Source: a virus (taxonomy: Duplodnaviria > Caudoviricetes). From it: a DNA stretch of 49,500 bases. Both the position numbers and the translations under genes were made by a program. The number at the start of each line of letters is the position of its first letter. Within the stretch, counting starts at the first letter, position 1. Shown one piece after another: positions 44,353-49,500 of the stretch. Where the stretch lies: IMG/VR virus record IMGVR_UViG_3300048599_000494, positions 1 to 49,500 of that record; one strand, written 5' to 3'. A model generated the notes under the pieces. It did not search any database and was not told the DNA's origin. It saw nothing but the letters and a program-made list of their open reading frames with translations.

Positions 44353-44649
44353 TCAGTTCTTCGGGGCGGGGCGGACGGGCGGGGCGCAGGTCTCGCACGC
44401 GCACGGTCCGGTGTACCCGTCGGGGTGGCGCGCCAGCCGCCACGTCGCACGGAGGGCGTCCTCCCGGTTCATCGCCTCGAGGGCGGCCCGGGTGGGAAGC
44501 GGAGGCGGATAGAGCAGCGGGTTGGAGTGGTCGAACCGGGGCGCGAGGATGTCGCGGATGCGAGCCAGCGGGTCGAGGCTCCAGGCGATCCAGAACAGCC
44601 CGACGACGGCCGCGGCTTCCAGGATGAGGTGCAGGATCGAAACGGTCAT
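44353..44649 (-). CDS. Small membrane protein with CxCxxC
   Basis: N-terminal hydrophobic helix; GGAGG RBS. Confidence 0.55.
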   Translation of the reverse strand: MTVSILHLILEAAAVVGLFWIAWSLDPLARIRDILAPRFDHSNPLLYPPPLPTRAALEAMNREDALRATWRLARHPDGYTGPCACETCAPPVRPAPKN

Positions 44650-44797
44650 GAGGGCCTCCAGTCCCAAGCGGCGGAGCGCACGCGAGGGGAACGAACGGGG
44701 CAAACGGGGTGGGGTGGAGCACGGTCCCCGGGCACGCGTCCAGGCGGCCGCGCTCCACCCCTGCATGCCCGCGGCGCACTCCGCGGGCGTGTCGTGG

Positions 44798-45766
44798 TCA
44801 GAACGGGATGTCGTCCTCGGTGATGGGCTCGTACCCGTTGGCCTCTCCCGTGGGAGCGAATGTGATCGCACTCCCCGACGGGGGCGGCCGCTCGGGCTGG
44901 ACGGGCGCAGGCGCCGGAGCCGCCGGCACGTACACGGGCGCCGCACCAGCACCCCCGGGGGCACCGCCAGCGGCCCCCGGGGATGCTGGATTGAGCCCCG
45001 CCGCGGGCCCTCCCTGGCCAGACGGGGGAGCGCCGCCGACGGAAGGATCGCCGGCGGAGGTCTGGAACTCTTTCAGGTATTGCTGCATCCGCGGCACCAG
45101 CCCGCGGGGGACGTCGAACACCTCTCGCCCGGCGGCGTGCTCGGCCGCGGCGGGGTCGATGCGCCCGAGCCAGAGCATGAACCCCGTGTAGGTCGCCCCC
45201 TGCTCGGCCAGGGCCTGCTTGAACTTGTCCGCGTTGGCCATGCCGATCGGGCGACCGTCGAAGGCCGCGCCGACTGGCTGTGTGACGGGGCCAGCGCCGA
45301 CGGGGACTCGGAGACCGCCAGCGCCCGGCGCCGCGCCACGGGCCAGCCCGACGCCCGGGACGGCCTTCGACTGAGCGACCGCGGCGGCGAACCGGCGAGA
45401 CACCGGCGGGGTGGGCTCGTACCCGTCCACCGGCTGCGCCCAGACGACGATGTCCATCTGAGTCTTCCCGAAGTACGTGACGGGGCCGGCCATCACCCCG
45501 ACCTTCCGACCAACCCAGTTGTCCGTCTCCTCGCCGAGCATGGCGCCGAGCACGTCGAGGCGGGTGTTGTTGAGCTTCATGGGCTTGGGGTACCCCACGA
45601 AGTGCAGGAGGTGGACGGGCTCCTCGCCGATCTGGAAGCCGCGGTCATCGGTCACCGGCTCGAACACGGTCTCGAGGCCGTGGATGACCATGACGCAGAC
45701 ACGGTCCGCGAACGGGAGGTCGGTGTAGTGGAGCCACTTGTGACGACGGAGCTCGGAGATCTTCAT
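44798..45766 (-). CDS. Putative ssDNA-binding protein with SSB C-terminal tail
   Basis: KPMKLNNT..GEETDNWVG domain, Pro/Gly/Ala linker, terminal EDDIPF. Confidence 0.75.
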   Translation of the reverse strand: MKISELRRHKWLHYTDLPFADRVCVMVIHGLETVFEPVTDDRGFQIGEEPVHLLHFVGYPKPMKLNNTRLDVLGAMLGEETDNWVGRKVGVMAGPVTYFGKTQMDIVVWAQPVDGYEPTPPVSRRFAAAVAQSKAVPGVGLARGAAPGAGGLRVPVGAGPVTQPVGAAFDGRPIGMANADKFKQALAEQGATYTGFMLWLGRIDPAAAEHAAGREVFDVPRGLVPRMQQYLKEFQTSAGDPSVGGAPPSGQGGPAAGLNPASPGAAGGAPGGAGAAPVYVPAAPAPAPVQPERPPPSGSAITFAPTGEANGYEPITEDDIPF

Positions 45767-45774
45767 GGGGTTCC

Positions 45775-46089
45775 TCAGTGAGTTTCGTGGGAGAGCGATG
45801 GCGGGGGCGGGTACCGCTTCGGCGGCGGGGGCGGCGAGCCCTGAGGGCGACTTTCGATGGGAGGCGTCCGGGTCGCCAGCGCGGCTTCGGCGGCGTCGAT
45901 GCGAGTAACGGCCTTGTGGAGTTCGAACGCGGCGGACCTGGTCGCCTGAAGGGCCGCCGCAAACTGCCCAAAGGCCGGCGTGGGGAGCCGCTCGAGCGTC
46001 TGGAGCTGGCGCTCCAGCTCGTCCAGCTTGTGCGCCAGCCGCACGGCGTCCCGGCGGAGACGATCCATCCTCCAGGTGCTGATGCTCAT
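45775..46089 (-). CDS. Hypothetical coiled-coil protein
   Basis: ATGA coupling. Confidence 0.55.
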   Translation of the reverse strand: MSISTWRMDRLRRDAVRLAHKLDELERQLQTLERLPTPAFGQFAAALQATRSAAFELHKAVTRIDAAEAALATRTPPIESRPQGSPPPPPKRYPPPPSLSHETH

Positions 46090-46364
46090 GCGCCGGCCTC
46101 CGGGGAACCCTCGTCCGAGTCGGAGAAGTTCCGTGCAACGAACTGGGCGCAGACCTGGAACTGCACCGCGGCGAGAAGCCCGAGAAGGGCGGTCGAGTTG
46201 CCGTTGGCGAAGAAGCACACCACCTGGTTCTGGGCGCCGGCATCCTGGTGGCGGGGCTCGAGCACGATCGCGCCCATCGTCGAGCGCGACTTGAGCTCCT
46301 GGACGAGCTCCATGATGGTGCACGTCGAGAGTTCCGGGTTGGGGTTCGGTGCCGCGTCATCCAT
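46086..46364 (-). CDS. Hypothetical protein
   Basis: GGAGG RBS; overlapping operon structure. Confidence 0.6.
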   Translation of the reverse strand: MDDAAPNPNPELSTCTIMELVQELKSRSTMGAIVLEPRHQDAGAQNQVVCFFANGNSTALLGLLAAVQFQVCAQFVARNFSDSDEGSPEAGA

Positions 46365-46590
46365 GGCGCACCGCCTCCACCGCCGCGCCGCCGAACGCCT
46401 CCGCAAAGGACGTCGGCGCGCCGGGCGTGGCGATCAGGAACGGTGCCGGCACGGCGACGAACCGAGCGCCGGCGGGGTCGAGGACGCCGCGGGCGTCGTC
46501 CGCCAGGCGGCGGGCGATGTGCCGGGCCGCGCGACGCGCCCACGAGATCTCGCCGGCCGTGGGCTCGAGGACGGTGGGCGCATCACCCAT
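46357..46590 (-). CDS. Hypothetical protein
   Basis: GGAGGT RBS; 8-nt overlaps. Confidence 0.5.
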   Translation of the reverse strand: MGDAPTVLEPTAGEISWARRAARHIARRLADDARGVLDPAGARFVAVPAPFLIATPGAPTSFAEAFGGAAVEAVRHG

Positions 46591-46900
46591 GGGCCACCTC
46601 CGGGTGGGCATCGATCCACGCCTGGAGCGCGGTGAGCTGGGGCGGGAAGCGGTCGCACCGATCGATGTCAGCCCGGGCCTTGAGGAGCGCCTCACGCGCG
46701 AGGTTCAGCCGGCGATGCTGGGTCCCGCTCCGCTCGAGCATGCGCACGAGCTTCTCAATGCCCGCGAGCTCCATCGTCAGGTGGTGCCGCGCGAGGCCGA
46801 GGTGGTACGCCAGGACGGCGCAGTCCTCCCGCGTGAGCGGGAACGGGGCCGGGACCGAGAACTTCTCGGGAACCGGCGCAGATGCAGCGGACATGACCAT
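46583..46900 (-). CDS. Hypothetical protein
   Basis: GGAG RBS; helical composition. Confidence 0.55.
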   Translation of the reverse strand: MVMSAASAPVPEKFSVPAPFPLTREDCAVLAYHLGLARHHLTMELAGIEKLVRMLERSGTQHRRLNLAREALLKARADIDRCDRFPPQLTALQAWIDAHPEVAHG

Positions 46901-46992
46901 TTCGCTTCTCCCAGGTTGAAGCACAGAACCCCCGCACACCCCGACCCCCCCGACCGGCCCCTCCCATCCCTCTCCACCCGCCCCCCGCCGCA

Positions 46993-47322
46993 TCAGCACG
47001 TCGTGCAGGGCTCCCCGCCGATGTCCCCGGCCCCCCCATCCCCCGGCACCGGCAGCTCGATCGGGTCGGCGCTCCAGTCGCGGAGCCACGGCGCCGCCTC
47101 GCCCGAGCCGGGCGGGAGCGGGAAGCGCCAGACGAAGAACTGGTCACGCCCGACCGGGGCGAACGGCCGGGGCGGGTGCGCCGCCGGCGTGGGAGCCGAC
47201 GGCCGCGGCGACGCGGGCGCGTCGGGGTTGGCCCGGAGCTCGGGCGCCATGAGCCCGAACGTGGCGAGCCCGAGCAGCCCGCCAAAGGCCAGGTACTTTC
47301 CGTTTCGCTTCAGGTACGTCAT
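46993..47322 (-). CDS. Small hypothetical protein (copy of 32-361)
   Basis: Two aa differences from copy 1. Confidence 0.65.
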   Translation of the reverse strand: MTYLKRNGKYLAFGGLLGLATFGLMAPELRANPDAPASPRPSAPTPAAHPPRPFAPVGRDQFFVWRFPLPPGSGEAAPWLRDWSADPIELPVPGDGGAGDIGGEPCTTC

Positions 47323-47384
47323 GGGAACCTCAGGTGAAGGGCCGCGGCGGCAACGCACCGCCGCGGCCCCTGGGGCGAAGTCGT

Positions 47385-48353
47385 TCAGGCAGTCGCGCTC
47401 TTGGGGAGCGGTTCGATGTCGGAGAGCCGAAGGGCCTGGGCGGCCTCTTGGGCGCGGGAGAACGAGAGCCGGGCGTAGTGCTCGGTCATGTTGACGTGCG
47501 AATGCCCGAGCAGCGCGGAGGACGCGTCGAGGCCCTGGCGATCGCGGATGACCGTGGCCACGGCGTGGCGGAGCTGGTGCGGCGTCCACACCTCGACGCC
47601 GGCCCGCTCGCACGCGCGGCGGATGGACGCCCGCACGACGTTCGGGGCCATAGAGCGGCGCCGGCCGCGGCCCGCGCGGGGGAAGATGGGGTCACGCGGG
47701 CACAGCGGGCGCTGCCACCTGCCGAGCACCACCATGGCGTCCTGGTTGAGCGGGATCTCCCGGGGCTTGCCGAGGTGGGCCGTCTTGTGCTGCCGGCACA
47801 CCAGCCGGTATGCGCCGGCCTGGTCCTCGAGGACGTCCCGGTTCTCCGCCAGGAGCACCTCGCTCAGCCGGGCGCCGGTGAGCATGAGCACCCGGCACAC
47901 GTCCCCGACGGCGCCGGGGAGGAACGCCAGGGCGGCCCGGACCTGGTCGAGCTCCGCGGGGCGGACGGGCTGGGTCTCGCGGGCGGCGGAGCGGTGCGGG
48001 GGCAGAGACCGGACGCAGGAGAGCTCGGCCAGGACGGCCGCGGGGAGCGAGTACTCCTCGACCGCCCACCGCGCGAAGCGGCGGACGCGGGCAAGCGACT
48101 TGTTGATGTACACGCGGGAGAGGTCATCCGCGACAAGGTCGTTCATCCACCCCCGGACGGTGACGCGGTCGAGGTCCACGAGACGGACGCAGCCCCCCGC
48201 GTATCGCAGGAGCGAGCTGAGGGTGCTGGCGAGATTGAGGTGCTCGCGCGTCGGGGTCCCATCCGCGTGGCGGTAGTACACCCTCGCGTGAGCGATGTAC
48301 AAGGGGACCAGGTCCGCCAAGGTGGCGGGCGTGCGGGCAGCGTTCTGGCGCAT
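47385..48353 (-). CDS. int: Tyrosine recombinase / phage integrase
   Basis: Same R-K-HxxR-H-Y motifs as 424-1392. Confidence 0.95.
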   Translation of the reverse strand: MRQNAARTPATLADLVPLYIAHARVYYRHADGTPTREHLNLASTLSSLLRYAGGCVRLVDLDRVTVRGWMNDLVADDLSRVYINKSLARVRRFARWAVEEYSLPAAVLAELSCVRSLPPHRSAARETQPVRPAELDQVRAALAFLPGAVGDVCRVLMLTGARLSEVLLAENRDVLEDQAGAYRLVCRQHKTAHLGKPREIPLNQDAMVVLGRWQRPLCPRDPIFPRAGRGRRRSMAPNVVRASIRRACERAGVEVWTPHQLRHAVATVIRDRQGLDASSALLGHSHVNMTEHYARLSFSRAQEAAQALRLSDIEPLPKSATA

Positions 48354-48477
48354 TGCCAGGAGCTCCGGGTTGGACCCGTGGATGAATCGCTGGTCCCGAC
48401 CGGGTCCTGGTCGGGGGCGGCGTCCGGTTTCTCAGGCCGGACGCGGAGACGTTACCACCGTCTTCGGACGGATGCAA
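48354..48477 (-). promoter_or_regulatory. Integrase/early-operon promoter and structured leader, copy 2
   Basis: TTGCAT(48477-48472)-17bp-TAACGT(48454-48449); same stems as copy 1 with diverged loop and linkers. Confidence 0.6.
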
Positions 48478-48502
48478 GGTCCCGCCCCAAAAACGCGGGC
48501 AC

Positions 48503-49219
48503 CTACGGCGCGACCATTTCTTCCGGCTTGGTCGGCACGAAGCGATGCCAATCGTCCGGGAGCGGTAGCCTCGGGGCCGGGACGACGGTAAGCGTCCTTT
48601 GGGTTCCGACCCCGTCGGCGATCTCGAACTCGACCGGGACGTCCTGCCGCACCTTGGCAAGCTGCTGGAAGTACTTCATCACGTCGCCGCCGAGCCGGAC
48701 GCCGCCGATCGCCAACACCCGGTCGTTGATGTGCAGACCGGCCGTCGCCACCGGCGAACCCGGGGTGACATCGGACACCAGCAGCGTCCCGCGATCGACC
48801 AGCAGCCCGAGATAAGCCGGAGCCGGGGCACATGCCACAGCGGTGACCACCTCGTAGCCCGTGGGCGAGGTGTACCCAAACCCCGGGGCGTACTGGGTGA
48901 AGTACCCACCGACCTCGGTCTTCGAGTCGACCACCGACACGAACTCCGCCCCGAGCTTGGCGCCCTCCCTCGACAGGTAGTTCCGGACGGCCCATGCATC
49001 CATCCCATCCATCCCGACCAGACGGATCTGCGCAATCGGAATGCCGGGCACGGGGCTCGGGCCGGTCGTTTTATCGAACACCGCCACCCGTTCAAGAGGC
49101 GTCGGCGATTTGACGACATCCACGGGCATTGCAGCAACGTCGCAACGAAGGACCGTGCATGCCGGAAGAGCGAGCAGAATCGACGCGAGGGCGATGGCGA
49201 GGGTGAAGTGCGTTCTCAA
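48503..49219 (-). CDS. PDZ-domain lipoprotein (cargo/moron)
   Basis: AAGGAG RBS, TTG start, LPA-C lipobox; YLGL..VSDVTPGSPVATAGL..DRVLAIGG PDZ motif. Confidence 0.82.
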   Translation of the reverse strand: MRTHFTLAIALASILLALPACTVLRCDVAAMPVDVVKSPTPLERVAVFDKTTGPSPVPGIPIAQIRLVGMDGMDAWAVRNYLSREGAKLGAEFVSVVDSKTEVGGYFTQYAPGFGYTSPTGYEVVTAVACAPAPAYLGLLVDRGTLLVSDVTPGSPVATAGLHINDRVLAIGGVRLGGDVMKYFQQLAKVRQDVPVEFEIADGVGTQRTLTVVPAPRLPLPDDWHRFVPTKPEEMVAP

Positions 49220-49240
49220 GGGGGGCGTCTCCTTGACCAA

Positions 49241-49376
49241 TAAAAGGCCGCCAGCGCCCCGGGTGAGAAATCCGGGGCCTGACGGCGTGGCCTTGCTTGC
49301 GGTCATCTGGCCGCTCCCGGTTTGGCCCCGGGACCCGGCGGGGGGAGCTCCTGGGAAGGAACCCTCGCCGGGAAAA
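49241..49376 (-). ncRNA. Putative structured RNA/terminator trailer, copy 2
   Basis: Homologue of 2151-2284. Confidence 0.5.
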
Positions 49377-49422
49377 GCGGGCGGCGGGATTTGAACCCGC
49401 GACGATCAGCTTGGAAGGCTGA
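49377..49422 (-). pseudogene. tRNA-Gly(TCC) 3' half, att core
   Basis: Identical to 2285-2330. Confidence 0.9.
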
Positions 49423-49500
49423 GTCATCGCCCCCTTCTGGGGCCGCCGGGGCTATCCCCGGGGGGTCTCCGACGCCCGATACTTGCGCATTCATGGCGCG
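49423..49500. mobile_element. Start of a further related prophage copy (attP-like arm)
   Basis: Identical to 2331-2408. It is phage arm sequence, not the 5' half of a host tRNA. Confidence 0.7.

Larger units (their letters stand above)
46962..48377. repeat. Long direct repeat, copy 2 (partner 1-1416)
   Basis: As for copy 1; offset 46,961 bp. Confidence 0.95.
2331..49422 (-). mobile_element. Complete-looking temperate siphovirus prophage unit (~47.1 kb, HK97-type head, lambda-like tail tip)
   Basis: Bounded by identical tRNA-Gly 3' fragments 47,092 bp apart. Contains integrase, replication, terminase, portal, protease, capsid, tail and tape measure genes. Confidence 0.9.

Overview
This GC-rich window holds one apparently complete ~47.1 kb HK97-head siphovirus prophage (about 2331-49422). 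It is flanked by parts of two close relatives: 1-~1520 recurs at 46962-~48480, and ~2150-2408 recurs at ~49240-49500. Each junction carries the 3' half of a tRNA-Gly(TCC) with phage DNA on both sides, which implies a head-to-tail array of at least three related prophages. The two visible integrase ends differ by point changes and carry different cargo genes (membrane HIRAN versus PDZ lipoprotein). Nearly all genes are on the minus strand, in this order: integrase; early/replication genes (SSB-like, HTH initiator with iterons, ASCH, ParB, mini-PolX, Dam-type MTase, RusA); an atypical lysis-position cluster; then cos-terminase-portal-capsid, tail and many fibre/lectin genes. No CI/Cro repressor is recognisable. 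The most interesting signal is a conserved structured RNA 3' of the tRNA fragment that has two-site complementarity to a conserved pseudoknot/RBS leader of the integrase operon, a candidate tRNA-coupled RNA immunity switch. A repeated TAG(G/T)GT promoter box also precedes many late genes. The host is tentatively a planctomycete, inferred from the integrase style. All family assignments come from motif recognition by eye, not database searches.
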